Part shown: positions 63,585-64,000 of the stretch, in pieces | Position numbering within the stretch: position 1 is the first letter of the stretch | Layout of the letters: every line of letters begins with the position of its first letter | NCBI RefSeq assembly: GCF_018977255.1 | Contig: NW_024704752.1 | Span: forward strand, 18,848,001-18,912,000 | Length of the DNA: 64,000 nucleotides | Source: Callorhinchus milii | Taxonomy: Eukaryota | Direction of reading: 5' to 3' | Translations under genes and position numbers: made by a program | The notes under the pieces: model-generated | Databases searched by the model: none | Told to the model about the DNA's origin: nothing | Seen by the model: the letters and a program-made list of their open reading frames with translations, nothing else

Positions 63585-64000
63585 TAATAATAATAATAAT
63601 AATCCTTGCATTTGATATAGCGCTTTTCACGTCTTCTCGACGTCTCAAAGCGCTTCACAGAATAGACCGTAAAGTGAATTGACTGTATATTTGTGGGCGA
63701 AACGCGCAGCCAATTGTGCACAGCAGTGTCCCACAAACAGTCGTGGATTGAGTGACCAAATTATTATTTATTTATTTGTCTTGAGGGATTATTATCATAA
63801 TAATAATAATCCTTGCATTTGATATAGCGCTTTTCACGTCTTCTCGACATCTCAAAGTGCTTCACAGAATATACTGCAAAGTGAATTGACTATATTTGTG
63901 GGCGAACGCAGCAGCCAATTGCACACAGCAATGTCCCACAAACAGTCGTGGATTGAAAATGATCAATTTATTATTGTTTTTTTTGTTTTTTGGAGGGATT
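63585..64000 (-). mobile_element. Tandem pair of SINE copies
   Basis: Two consecutive copies starting (TAA)nTCCTTGCATTTGATATAGCGC at ~63590 and ~63800; the second runs off the window. Confidence 0.85.

Overview
Vertebrate genomic DNA, most likely a cartilaginous fish (chimaera/elephant-shark-like), inferred from its tRNA-headed DeuSINE-type SINEs, L2/CR1 LINE remnants and divergent proteins. It holds five complete multi-exon genes and the 5' end of a sixth, in the order I recall for human 3q25/mouse chr3: a KCNAB-type first coding exon (-, 2625-2729); a family-C V2R/OlfC receptor, Vmn2r1-like (-, 8751-15889, 6 exons, ~913 aa); a second, divergent V2R/OlfC receptor (-, 22289-29205, 6 exons); GMPS (-, 34408-47529, 16 exons, 692 aa); SLC33A1 (+, head-to-head with GMPS, 50895-54777, 544 aa); and a C3orf33 orthologue (+, 57731-63052, 249 aa). 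Exon boundaries were read by hand from GT/AG sites and all frames close. Protein comparisons use recalled reference sequences; no database search was run. Main observations: a Kvbeta2-like start exon at the KCNAB1 position; a lost canonical acceptor in the second V2R with two in-frame rescue sites; loss of a conserved ligand-pocket Glu in that receptor; AT-to-GC drift of SINEs inside CpG islands; a 40-bp-arm hairpin; UPRE motifs at SLC33A1; and a small Tc1/mariner-like MITE family. No prokaryotic-type systems (CRISPR etc.) are present.
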